DNA from: a virus
Taxonomy: Duplodnaviria > Caudoviricetes
Length of the DNA: 64,000 bases
Strand: one strand, 5' to 3'
IMG/VR virus record: IMGVR_UViG_3300037067_004891
Location: 32,001 to 96,000 of that record
Shown: positions 30,107 to 42,600 of the stretch, piece by piece
Numbering within the stretch: the stretch's first letter is position 1
Layout of the letters: each line of letters starts with the position of its first letter
Notes under the pieces: model-generated
The model's database searches: none
What the model was told of the DNA's origin: nothing
Seen by the model: only the letters and a program-made list of their open reading frames with translations
Program-made: the position numbers and the translations under genes

Positions 30107-30292
30107 TAGGTAGTTGACGATTTGCAATAAGTCAAATACTTAGGGTTCTGGTATGGATAACGCACTGTCTTAATATTCAGCGTAGGCACTTTGCATTACG
30201 GATAAAATCGTAAGTAAATGGGTGTTTATCAGAGATGTTTTAATCGTTGCAATACGGTTGGGATGGTCAGTAAGAGGCTGACACCAGAATCC
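30107..30292 (+). ncRNA. candidate structured ncRNA downstream of tRNA-Ser(GCT)
   Basis: Closing helix GGGTTCTGGT/ACCAGAATCC enclosing hairpins TTACG/CGTAA, AATCGT/ACGGTT, GTCAG/CTGAC. Confidence 0.55.
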
Positions 30293-31474
30293 ATTTTTTA
30301 TTACTTTCAATTAACAAAGTCAAATCCAATTGATTTCATTTTTAAAATTCTTGATTCTTCTGTTGATAGAAGTCTGAATTTAGTCTTACTGTATAATTCT
30401 TTTTTAAATTCTTTAACTATTATAGTAGTTTGTGCTGGGTCTTCATAAAATAAATTATAAATTTTATTATGTTTAACAGTATTTGTGTCTTCACCGAAAT
30501 AAAATATAGACGAATCAAGTTTATTTCTAAAAATGTAAAGTGGTGACATATATGAGTTGTAACCTATTCTTTTATCATCTAATGTCATAAACATATCAGT
30601 GATGAACATATTAGGTGTTATATTTAATATAATAATTCTTTTATGCATTATATAACCAACCTCAACTATGTCCCATTTATTAATTACAATATTTTTTCTA
30701 AATCGAGTGGGATAAATGTTCTACTTTTAACAAAAAGTCTTTCTTTCATTAATTTAAAAATATAAACAAAAATAATTATTTTCTATCAATAAAAAAATAT
30801 TTATAAAATAATTCAAATATAATTGTAAATGATAAATAATAAAAAAATGCATCTAATAACAAAAAAGGTGTCCAAGGACTATATAAAACCACTGCTAACA
30901 TAATACAAGTTAACATCAACATTTTAGCAAAGTGCCATAAGTCAGTTAACCAAACCAAAAAAGTAGATGAACCAAAAAATTTTTCTCCTTGTTTGGCATC
31001 ACCATTTTTCCATTTATTATCATTAGACATTGACGGGTTCACCCAATCCAGAATTTTCAAATTTTTCAAATTATTAAATATGGATGTACCATAACGAGTT
31101 TTTAATGTATCCATAATAGCATTAAAGAAACCAGCTATTAATAATAGAATAAAAGATATCATTATTTATTTGATTGTTTTTTCACTTTTTCTATCGTTCA
31201 TCGGGTTTATAATATAAGCATAAATAAACAATAATAAAGCTAATAAACCAAAAAATATTCCAAATGGTATTATGAGATATTTGAATATTATTAAACCAGT
31301 ATAATAATATAAAGTATAAAATAAAAATGAAAGTATAGCTGAACCAAACATTTTAAGCATACCATACTTTTCAAATACTATATGAATAAATTTTTTCATA
31401 ATCGTTTTTTTTTTATTATATATTTAAAACAAAATATTCTTTTTTATATAAAAGAATAAAAATTTTTTATATCT

Positions 31475-32437
31475 ATGAAATTCTTAAAATTTTTATTAAT
31501 GGGGTTATTTGCTCTATTAATGGGTAGCTGTGTATACACAGAATTAAATGATTGTCTTAGTAAGAATACTGATTTGGAAAAGACTAATCAAACTCTAATC
31601 ACAGCAAACAACAACTTATTAGTACTTAATATTAAATTGATCAAAGTAAATGATAGTACAGTACTTGTTTATAATGAATTAAATAATAATTATGTTATTT
31701 TACAAGATATTAATATTAATTTAACTACTACTGTAAACAATTTAAATAGTAGAATATTAAAATTGGTAAATGAAAATGATTCTTTAAATATAGAAAACAA
31801 TTCACTTGCGTTTATGTTTAGTGATTGTCAATCTTATATTGCATTTATTGAAACCATCTTATCTGATAGTACGAGATATCATATAATTGATTCAGTTATC
31901 TACACTTTGGATACTTTACCAACATATTATTTGGATACAACACTGATAATAACCGATACAATTACTATTCTTTTTTATGATTCTTTAATTCAATGTAAAC
32001 CTGTGTATCAGGCTATTTGTAATAAGGATTCTACTTATTCTTCTTTTTATAAAATACCAGAAGAATACTTTCCAACGTTTAGGTTAAGAGCTGCTAATAG
32101 TTGGTTTAAATATGGAGCTGGTGTTATGTTTGAAGGTTGGAATAACATAAAGAATTATTCTAAAATTTCAATGCCTGACTCATCAGCTTATTTAGAAGTG
32201 ACTGTTTATGATAGTACATTTAATAACATTATTTATCATAATAAATACAGTATACCTGCAATAGATTCATCTGCAATATATAAATTGAAATGGAACTCTG
32301 ACAATTGGGTTTTACCTTATGATGGTTTTTATTATATGGGTCAGTTTATGTATGAAAATAGAAAAAAATATAACCAACCAGATAGAATTATTGATGGTAA
32401 TCATTATAGATTTACCTCAGTTAAATCAAATAAGTGA
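31475..32437 (+). CDS. lipoprotein with coiled coil
   Basis: Lipobox-like LMGSC after a signal peptide; N-rich heptad region. Confidence 0.55.
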   Translation: MKFLKFLLMGLFALLMGSCVYTELNDCLSKNTDLEKTNQTLITANNNLLVLNIKLIKVNDSTVLVYNELNNNYVILQDININLTTTVNNLNSRILKLVNENDSLNIENNSLAFMFSDCQSYIAFIETILSDSTRYHIIDSVIYTLDTLPTYYLDTTLIITDTITILFYDSLIQCKPVYQAICNKDSTYSSFYKIPEEYFPTFRLRAANSWFKYGAGVMFEGWNNIKNYSKISMPDSSAYLEVTVYDSTFNNIIYHNKYSIPAIDSSAIYKLKWNSDNWVLPYDGFYYMGQFMYENRKKYNQPDRIIDGNHYRFTSVKSNK

Positions 32438-32577
32438 AATAATGACAAAAGAATTTTTACAAATCATTCCTTATGAACCTCTTTTTGAACATACAACTGG
32501 GCGACAGAATAAAACAATTTAGATGGCATTCATTAGTGAATATAAATTATTACTTCGAAAGTTAAAACTAAAAGAAA

Positions 32578-32949
32578 TTATTGAAAAATAAATTTAACAC
32601 TATAATCTTTTATAGTAATGTTTATTTTCATAATATCTTGTATTGTACCATCAAATATTTCAAGGGTAATATCATAATCCATTTGAGTCAGTTCTGGTAT
32701 ATATTCTACAATCTGATCAATAATAATTTTACGAATTTGTTTAACAGGAACTTTTGTTTCCCACAAATAATATTCTATGTTACAACCCATGTTAGAGTCG
32801 CCTAAAACTTCTCCTTTTTTTGTAAATAATAACATTTCAAGTTTTTGAATTATGACATTGATTACATTGTTTTCAATTACATATTCAGAATTATATCTTG
32901 GATGTCCTTCATATACGATATAAATATCTTTATAATCTCTTATAGCCAT
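32578..32949 (-). CDS. baseplate wedge protein, gp25/GPW-like
   Basis: 'LLFTKKGEVLGD.NMG..IEYYLWE ... YIPE'. Confidence 0.8.
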   Translation of the reverse strand: MAIRDYKDIYIVYEGHPRYNSEYVIENNVINVIIQKLEMLLFTKKGEVLGDSNMGCNIEYYLWETKVPVKQIRKIIIDQIVEYIPELTQMDYDITLEIFDGTIQDIMKINITIKDYSVKFIFQ

Positions 32950-33660
32950 ATGAAACAGAATTTTTTTAATATATATTAAAAATCAATGTTGTAATTAATA
33001 TGAATTCAGATATTTCAATTTCAATAACAGATATAATAGGTAAAGTGGAAGATGGATTAGCTTTATTATTATCTTTAGTTATTAAAGAAAAACAATATGA
33101 TATGATTTATTGGATTGATAAAAATGTTAATTATAGATTAGAAGTCGATAAAGAATTTCTATTGGACTTCAAATTAGATAATATATATGATTATAAAAAT
33201 ATTAATTCATTAATCATTTTTATAGAAAAAAATATTCCAAATAAAAGTCAACTTTTAGATGAATACTTAATATAAAAACAAAAAACGATAGAATATGTCT
33301 AAAACGAAAAGAAGTAAAGAAAGTAAAAGGAAGGCAAAACATCATGGTTTAATGGTAAAACATGCAAAAAAAAGCATGGATAAAAAAAGAATGGAATTTT
33401 TTAGACAATTAATAGAAGAACGAAATAAAATATCTACTCAATCTGAAAATATTGTAAATGCTGGTGATGTGAACATTGACATTGATAATATCGATCAAAT
33501 TATAACAGATTCGGTTACTGATATAGTTGATGTAAACCCAACAGAGGAAAAATTACCTGAAACTAATTCTTCAATTGAAGAATAAAATATGTGTACATAT
33601 TAAATTTTGAAAAAAAATATAGAACTTGAAAGACTTTATTGATATTTTTTAATTAAAAAT

Positions 33661-34233
33661 ATGAAATATATTAAAACGACATACGAGGCTTATCAGCAAT
33701 ATTTAGAAAAACATAAAACTGACCGAATTCAACGTGGTGTAAAACTCATAACATCTAAATTTTCAAATAAACATAAATTATACGAAATAACATATATTCC
33801 TAAACCAACAGAATTTGAGTTTAAGACTATATCAACTGATATATATCTATCACATTTTGTTTATATATTTGAATGTGATTCAAAAAATAAATATATTTTA
33901 GAATTAATTGAAATTAAACCAGAAAATTTTTGGTATGATAGTAAACATTTTTCTGTTTCTTTTTCTTTATTAGACAGAGAAGATAAATTTTATGATGAAC
34001 CAACAAATCTTGGTGAGTTATATGAAGTATTTCAACGATTATTATTTTTATTAGAAGATTTTAATGGTAAAAACGAAAATGTTGTTTATGTGATTGGTAA
34101 TCCACTCGACAAAAGAAAAGAATTGTTATATTTAGATTTTATTCACAGTTTTAATAAAAATTATATAATAAAAACTGCTGAGTCTTCTTATTTTAAAGGT
34201 AAAGGAGATAGTTATTACATTAAACTTATATGA
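33661..34233 (+). CDS. protein with capsid-targeting-like N-terminus
   Basis: MKYIKTTYEAYQQYLE. Confidence 0.5.
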   Translation: MKYIKTTYEAYQQYLEKHKTDRIQRGVKLITSKFSNKHKLYEITYIPKPTEFEFKTISTDIYLSHFVYIFECDSKNKYILELIEIKPENFWYDSKHFSVSFSLLDREDKFYDEPTNLGELYEVFQRLLFLLEDFNGKNENVVYVIGNPLDKRKELLYLDFIHSFNKNYIIKTAESSYFKGKGDSYYIKLI

Positions 34234-34371
34234 TACAACTCAAACTCAAAGAAATTTTGTCGAAAGGCATAAAGAAACCGATTAGTTGATTTTCCTGAAA
34301 AGTGGACAATCGAGGTTATAGACACCAAAAGAGTTTATGATTCAAAAAGACACAAGTGGTTTTAAAAAAGA

Positions 34372-34398
34372 AATCCGACTTTAAAAGTCGGTTTTTTT
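34372..34398. terminator. intrinsic terminator between convergent genes
   Basis: CCGACTT-taa-AAGTCGG followed by a T-run. Confidence 0.7.
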
Positions 34399-35014
34399 AT
34401 TTGATATTAATTAAATTCCAATTCCCATCATAATCTTCTACCGTAGCTGTTTTATGACCAACCCAGTCTCCAGAGTTTATATAAAATAAATCATTCATTT
34501 TATCGATGGTTGGGTAGTGTGTATGACCACACAATAAAATATCACATTTACGTAATCTACCATAGGTCATATAATCTCTATCATCTTTATCACCACCACC
34601 ATTTATTATAATTTTTTTATTGAAAAATTTTAAAAATTTTAATATAGCAACATTCCAATCTCCGTGTGTAGCATGAACTTTCATTCCATTAGAATTAAAA
34701 TTATAGAATTTTTTTATTTTTATTTTTAAAAATGATTGTATAAATTTAAGTAAAAAATAATGATAATCATGATTACCTATAATGTATATAATTTCAGTTT
34801 TTCTGTCTCTCATTAATTGAAGAAATTCTTTAATGATGTATTTATGTTTTTTATAATTACCTTCTTTTCTTAATAGTGCAAATACATCAAAAATGTCACC
34901 GTTTAGAATTAATCTATCACATGGATTATTCTTTAAGAATTCAAAACATTCTTTGAATAAAGAATCATTTCTGAATATGTGTATATCTGACACTGAAATT
35001 GTTTTATATTTCAT
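34397..35014 (-). CDS. calcineurin-like metallophosphoesterase (LpxH-like)
   Basis: SDIH, GDIFD, GNHD, HG, GHTH, NSGDW. Confidence 0.85.
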   Translation of the reverse strand: MKYKTISVSDIHIFRNDSLFKECFEFLKNNPCDRLILNGDIFDVFALLRKEGNYKKHKYIIKEFLQLMRDRKTEIIYIIGNHDYHYFLLKFIQSFLKIKIKKFYNFNSNGMKVHATHGDWNVAILKFLKFFNKKIIINGGGDKDDRDYMTYGRLRKCDILLCGHTHYPTIDKMNDLFYINSGDWVGHKTATVEDYDGNWNLINIK

Positions 35015-35018
35015 AATT

Positions 35019-35671
35019 TTATATATCTACTTTTTGGTATAATAATATAGCTTCTTTTGGTATTGGTTCATATGTCATTATATATTTATCCATAATTTTA
35101 TTAGCATATTTGTTTATATTTAAATCTAAATACCAAAAGTTTTTTAAGTTGGTGGTATCAATTTTCCACACATCTTTATTATATGGTGAAAATAAATTCT
35201 TTTCATCGGTAGATGCGAATATTGCAGGTTTATATTTTAAATCCGTCCCCCCCCCCAATCACCTGTTGCAGGTATTAATCCATTTTCTAAAATAGATTTT
35301 CTTTTTTGAGGCGATGATGTGTGATAAATATACTTAGGTGGTTTTACTCTTTCTATTTTTTCTTCCTTTACATAAACATAATAATTATAAGAGAATGCTC
35401 CATCTGGTGAATACGCACCACTTTTTGTTTCATATGAAAATAAAAGACCTTCTTTATCAAATATCTTTTGATATTTTTTTAATATATTTTCTACATCTTT
35501 TGTTTGAAAAGGTTTTACATAAAAAAAATTTTTGCGGAATGTTCTATTTTTATCTAATTCCTCTGATGTTACTATATGTGGATAATGTGATAGTATTTCA
35601 TTTGACATCTTATTAATAAGATATTCAGTGTTTTTAACGTTTTTAATATATTCATTTAATTTTAAAAACAT
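35019..35671 (-). pseudogene. KptA/ART-like gene frameshifted at a G10 tract (35247-35256)
   Basis: 'IYHTS...ILENGLIP' ORF and 'PAIFAST...VWKID...IPKEAI' ORF join in frame with 8 or 11 G. Confidence 0.7.
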
Positions 35672-35951
35672 TTTAATTATTTATTCTTGTTTTTTAGTTT
35701 TCCTTGGTCTGGTTCAATTTTATTTGTTATTTCAAAAGGCAATTCGAAATCATAATTAGCATCCATAGATAATTTAAAACCTCTATCACCACTTTTAATA
35801 TATATTTCTCGAATCAATGGTTGATAATTTATATCATCAATTCTTATTTTTTCACCATCGTCAGTATACATATAATTACCAATCATAATTTTCTTTAATA
35901 AGATTTCCATAATATTGGTTCGTATTTTTGCCATATCTAATATTTTTATTT

Positions 35952-36671
35952 TTATTTATATTTGTTATATACACCTTCAACGAAAACATTTACCATTGCA
36001 TTAATAAAAATTTCCCACGTCCCTGTTATTAATGTGTAATAGTTCTCTTTTAATCCTTGAATTGAAAAAGAATTAGTTGATTCTATATAATCCATAATAC
36101 CGTCTTTTTTATCACCATAATTTATTCCTAATCTACCCATATCATTATATGCAAATACTAAAGGTTCAACTGTATTTAACAAATCTTCTGAATCTGAAAA
36201 ATTTAAAAACATTGGCACAACTAATTTAGCATAATACCACCTTTGTTTACATGCTTCTATTAAATTACCATGATGTTTATGCCATTGTTCCAATACAAAA
36301 TATTGAGCTTGTTGTTGAGTATAACCTTTTGTTGTCATCAAATAAATAACCGCACTTGTCGCATCAGGATAAGCAAAATATTGAATAGCTAAATCTTTTT
36401 CAACATTAGTTAAACCCGACCAACCAATTTTTTCTACGATACTTTTTATACAGTTTTTATAAACCAAATAATCATTAGATATTATTCCACCATATAAATG
36501 CCAGTTTGTTATAGAACTTATATTAACATAGTTATTTGGTATAGTTTGTCCACTATTAATTATAATAAATGCACTATTACCGTTTAAATTTACATTAGAC
36601 CAAGAGGTTAAATCAACACCAACTGTTTGCCCACTTATTTGATATGCTAAAAGATATTTTTTCATTTTCAT
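35952..36671 (-). CDS. hypothetical virion-cluster protein
   Basis: 239-aa ORF directly downstream of the large fibre gene. Confidence 0.45.
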   Translation of the reverse strand: MKMKKYLLAYQISGQTVGVDLTSWSNVNLNGNSAFIIINSGQTIPNNYVNISSITNWHLYGGIISNDYLVYKNCIKSIVEKIGWSGLTNVEKDLAIQYFAYPDATSAVIYLMTTKGYTQQQAQYFVLEQWHKHHGNLIEACKQRWYYAKLVVPMFLNFSDSEDLLNTVEPLVFAYNDMGRLGINYGDKKDGIMDYIESTNSFSIQGLKENYYTLITGTWEIFINAMVNVFVEGVYNKYK

Positions 36672-36680
36672 AAATTTATT

Positions 36681-39600
36681 TTAAGACGTTCTAATAATTT
36701 CTAAAGAAGCATCCCTGATATTGGTAGTGCCAGCAGATTCTTGTGAATATTGTAATGTTATTGTATGTGTAGTTGTTGTTAGGAAAGTTATAAATAGAAC
36801 TTTAGTATATTGAACCCAAGACGAACTATCACTTAATTCAAGTTGCATAATATTACCTAAATTACTTCCATCAACTTGAATTCTAATATATAGGTCAGCA
36901 GCATTCGTAGTTTTATTAACTTGCGCAGATGCTGTTATTTTATATGTACCTGCTGGTATAGTTGAAGTAGATAATGTAATTTTAGTTGCATAATTAGGAG
37001 TGACAAGTGTTGTTGAGGTCGATGTTAAATCTTGAATATAGTCAAAATCTGAACCATATACATTGAATTTTAATCCACTATTGGCTAATTTTTTTGTAGT
37101 ATTATCAATAACAGTGAAATTTTGTTGGGTTGCTCCAGATGTAACATCACCCAAATATGTTGAACCAGTTATATAAACATTATTATAAAATTTTGCATTA
37201 CCAATATAAAGTGATAATGTATTATAAAGATTTGTTGAACCAGTAATATATAAATTACCAGTTAAATATTCATTTTGGTATGCATACAGGTTGCTATTAA
37301 GTGATGTAGAACCAGAAACGAACAATGTACCATATAAAGATGTATTATTACTTACATATAGTGACAATATTGATACTGAACTATTAAATGTTGCTGGGTT
37401 AAAAAATGTTGTATTACCAGTAACAATTAGAGTTCCGCCGACAGTTACATTCCCAGATATATCCAAACTATTAGCTGAAAAGGAACTATTTACATTTAAT
37501 GCGCCATAGTGAGTCGTAGTACCAGTAACATTTAAAATATTCTTTAAATTTGTTGCCCCATATATTGTTGTAACCCCAGTTGTTATTAAAATTCCACTTA
37601 TTGAAGTATTACCATTTATAACTGCACTATTTGAAGTCAATGAATTATTTATGATAGTTACACCATTTACAGTTAGATTGTTATTTAAATTTGTTACACC
37701 AGTAACTTTTAACGTTCCTGTTATAGTTTCATTTCCTAATAATGTTATACCACTTACAGATAGATTATTCTGTATTATAATATTACCATTATATTCAATA
37801 CGCATTTTTTCATCTTCTACTGTTGTACCGTTAGTGAAGAATATTAAATTTTTAGTTGATGTAGCTGTTCCAATTGCTAAATGCCCACCATTTGAAATTA
37901 AATATGAATCATTACCATCAACGATTGAGTAATCTGGATCATTATATGTTGATGAATTAATACCCATGTCTATATACATATCTGATTCACTACCATTATC
38001 TGCCGTTGCTACGATATCAGAAGATGCAAAATTACCACTATTATTATTATGAATATTTAATTGAATATACGTATTAGCATTTGCATAAGCACTTATAATG
38101 TTCTTAGTATCTGTATAACTTTGAACAAGAAAACGTTCAGGATTTAAAACATCAAACACAGGATTACCAATAGCTACATTACCACCACCTGTTGCAATAT
38201 AAACATTATCAGATGAATATGTATTAATTTCAAACGTTCCACCACTACTATCTAAATGTAGAGAAATATTTCCATTATCACTACCAGAAATTATACTTGA
38301 TGCACCCACTTGGGTGTGTATGACAAGCTTATCGGTAGCTAAATTAACAGAATTTGTATTAATATTACCTACATGATAAATTGTATTATTTCCAACGGAA
38401 TCTAAATATGATTTGTTTGTATGTGTGTGGGTATTTGTATATGCAGAATCCCAATTGGTTTTATTATAACCACTGATAGATGTTGTACCACTGAAAAAAT
38501 CATTAATATCAGTTTTTAAATAATAGGATGTAAAATCGTTATATGATGATAAATTGGATATTTCATTTGATGTATGTGTGTGTGCTGAATTGGCTTTTAA
38601 AAATAAATTATCATCAACATATTTTTTATCAATTAAATCAGTATCTGTTGAAAAACTTGGATGACTATCATATTGTTGTATTCCTAATATATTTCTTGTA
38701 CCGTCTGTTCTAAGATATTGTAAATGATCGTCTGCATTTAAATTTGTTAATTGACTATGTGATGAACTTACACCACCACCACCACCACTTTGTCCACCAA
38801 GTCTATATGAATATGGTAATGGTCTAATATCATATATATGACCAGTTAAATCGGTTAATCCTTCATTAACAACAATAGCAGCTATTTTAATAGCTGCATC
38901 AATAATAGATGTAGGCAACTCTGGTAAAACACCAATAACTGCTTCATCATATGTTGTAAAATATGTTTGACCTAATAATAAATACATAGCACCATCACCA
39001 CTTCTAACTATTATATGTTTAGTATATGAACCATATGGTATTTTCGGCATTGAACTATTTATAATTGCTGTTCCACTACCACCTGATCCTAAATATACAC
39101 TTTCTAAGAATATATTTGTTTGTGAACCAGTCCACGTAACAGAACTAATAGGGGTAGAATATAAGTTTGTGTCATTTGAAAAATAAATATGATCACTATT
39201 TGTTACTAATGTAGTTAAATCAGAAGAACAAGTGACTGTATTACTATATTGAGTAAAAGTTAAGGTATAACCAGTGATTGTTATAGAACTATTTTTAGTT
39301 ATGTCGTTCCATCTATTTGTTGGTATAACACCCTGACTACCTATCGAAAAATAGTAGTTGATTTCCCAATCTAAATCATTACTATTATAAAAATTTGAAA
39401 AGATGAAAGAATTTGCATCATTTGATGATATTTCTCCCAATTGTGTACTATATAATCCATATTGCATTTTACAAGGTAAACTTATAACTTTTTGTGTAGA
39501 ACCACTTAATATATTTAAATTTCCACCATTATCATAAATAAATACGCCTTGTCTAATAGTATAATCCATTAATGAAGTTAATGCTGTATTTAATAGACAT

Positions 39601-42600
39601 CCGCATTGTTGAATAACACCTATAAATGTACCACCATAGTAAAAATACCCAAGAGTAATATTATATACACTATTTGGGGGTACTGTTGATATGTTAATGA
39701 TAGAATTCACATTTATATACACATAATATGAACCTTCTGTAAATGCACTTAAACTGAATGTTTGTGTTGACCAAGTGATGTATTTATGAAAATTTTCATA
39801 ATTAATGTAACCAGTTCCACCACTAACATTAAGTGTTTGTGTCAATCGACCACTTAAAACATCAACAGGGGATATTCTACCAGTTCCATTTGTTATATTT
39901 ATAAAACTTGTGATATCATCTAATCCATCTTTTACATTATTTATAGACCAATAAGCATTAGCATAGTTAATATCAATTGCGTTTCTATTTTCGATATCTG
40001 TTAATGTTGAACCACTAAACTCTATATCACTCCATAAAACAGTTCCACCAGTATTCATCTTACCATCCAATAATGAATCAATTGTTGTTGACTGATAATA
40101 ATTAGTCAATCCAGTATAAGATGATAAATCAGAAATTTCATTTCCTGTATGAGTATGCCCAGTAATAGAATAACCAGTTAATAAATTATTAACACCTGTT
40201 TTATTATAATAATAAGTATTTATATCAGTTATACTTGATACAACATGACTATGACCAATTAAAGTATACCCACTTAACAATGAATTAGTTTGGTTTTTAT
40301 CATAATAATATGTTGAAATATTATCGATATCTGTAACTAAATGTGTATGCCCTGTGTTTGACTTAGAATCCAGTGTGGATTGTAAATTATTAATATCACT
40401 TATCTCATGTGTGTGTCCAGTTAAAGACAATGAATTTGGATTTATTGTAGTATTCAACCTAAATAAACTTGAATTCCAAACTGGTATAAATCCGTCAATT
40501 GGTGTATCTTCTCTTGTGGCAATTGCTTGTAAAGACCCTATTTGTCCGACTCTAAAAGTTTCAGTTGGTTCATCAAATACAAATCTATAATTTGTTAGAT
40601 ATCCTCTATCTATTTCTATACCAGCTATACTTTTTGTTACACCAGAATTAGTTTCACCACTATTAATATAAATCATGTTATCCAAAACATTCAATTCTTC
40701 TGTATTTAAAAATATAGTAGTTCCAGAAACCACTAAATCACCTATTATTGTTAAATTGTTATTAAAATTTGTATGTGTATGTCCAGAATCCGATTTTAAT
40801 ATTAAATTATCATCTGCGTATTTTTTTGAAATAATATCAACATCCGATGTGAATGGTTTATTATTATTGTATGATATAATATCAGTTATGACCCTTGTAC
40901 CGTCTGTTCTAAGATATTGTAAATGGTCATCATTACCTAAATCAGTCAAAGTACTATGTGATGTCACACCTGCGTTACCGCCACCACTACCGTAAGTATA
41001 AGTGAATGGTAAAGGTCTAATATCTGTTATTTTATTGGATAGTGATGTATCACCTTCCTGTACTATAATATATGCTAATTTAACAATAAATTTAATTGAC
41101 GATTCTTCTACTGGTGGTAATGAACCTAAAACAGCTTCCTCATATGTATTAAAATATTGTTGTGCTGTAACAAAAACTAAAGAATCACTTAATTGTCTAA
41201 AAAATAAATGTTTAACATATTTACCAGTCGGTATTTTCGGTAAACTATCAAAGTAAATTATATTTCCATTTCCACCCCCGCCAAGATATATACTTTCTAA
41301 TAATATAGTTGTAGTACCAGTTGCATATGTTACAGCCGAAATGGGTGTCATAGCTGGTAATGATGTGTTTAAAGGGTAAACATCATTTTCTAAGTGAATA
41401 TAATGATTATTTGATAATATTGAAGTTAAATCACCAGAAACTGTAACAATTGAACTACCACTTGTAAAAGTACCAGTATAACCAGATAATGTAGTGAATC
41501 CAACACTGTTAATATTATTATATCGGTCTGTATAAATTTGACCACTTTTTTCATTAAACATTCTATAATAATCAAGACTATACTTACCACTAATATCGAG
41601 ATAAATTAAAACGAATTTGAAATTTTCAGTATCATCACTATCAATTTTAGATAGGTTGAATTTTTTAACACCAAAATTTATCTGACATGCTGAAGTGGAT
41701 ATTTTTAAAGTATTTCCTGTCATGACTTCAAGTACACCACCATTATCAATTATAAATGCACCTAAATTTAATAACGTTTCAAGTGTTCGATTTGATGAAT
41801 TACCTAATATGAGGGGGGTATCTGATACGTTAACTATTTTATTATCAGAATAATATAAATATCCTAAATAAATATTATTATAAAAATTTGGTTCTATGTC
41901 TGAAACACAAACTATACCATCAGTATTTACATATACAAAATATGAATTTGATATATAACCATCTAAATTAAAGGTAGTTTCAGACCATGTGATATATTTA
42001 TGAACATCAGAATAATTGATATATCCAGTTCCACCTGTTATTGTTAACATATATGTTTCTAAACCTGATATATAATTTATATCATTTATAACACCTGTTC
42101 CATTTGAAATTGATATAGAAGTTGTAATATCATCTAAATACCCCTTTATTGTAACTGGTGTTTCTGTCCATCCTGTATTATTATGATATATTAATTCTTC
42201 ACTACCTTGAACAAAATTATTAATAGCATATTCAGTAACTAATGTAGTAGTACTATTACCTGATAAAACATTTGAAATATTATCAATATTAATAGAATTT
42301 TCGTCTCCAATTAATAATGTTTTTGTTAATAATTTATTATTTTCGTAAAAAGTACCATTTCCATTGAATATCGAATAGTAAATATCTCCAAAATTACCTT
42401 CTGTTGTGTAAATAATTGGTAATGTATCTGTGGAAGTATTAAAAACCGTATTTATAACTTTAATAATATCTGAAGTTGATATTACAGCACCAATATAAAT
42501 TTCAGAATCACTTATAAACGAATTCCATGATATACTACATGTCAATATGGATATTGATGAACTATTTATTGAATTTATATTATATCCACATATAAATTTT

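Noticed and set aside
29932-30448. ORFs 29932-30189 (-) and 30218-30448 (+)
   Set aside because: They overlap tRNA-Ser(GCT), the structured RNA and a better minus-strand gene
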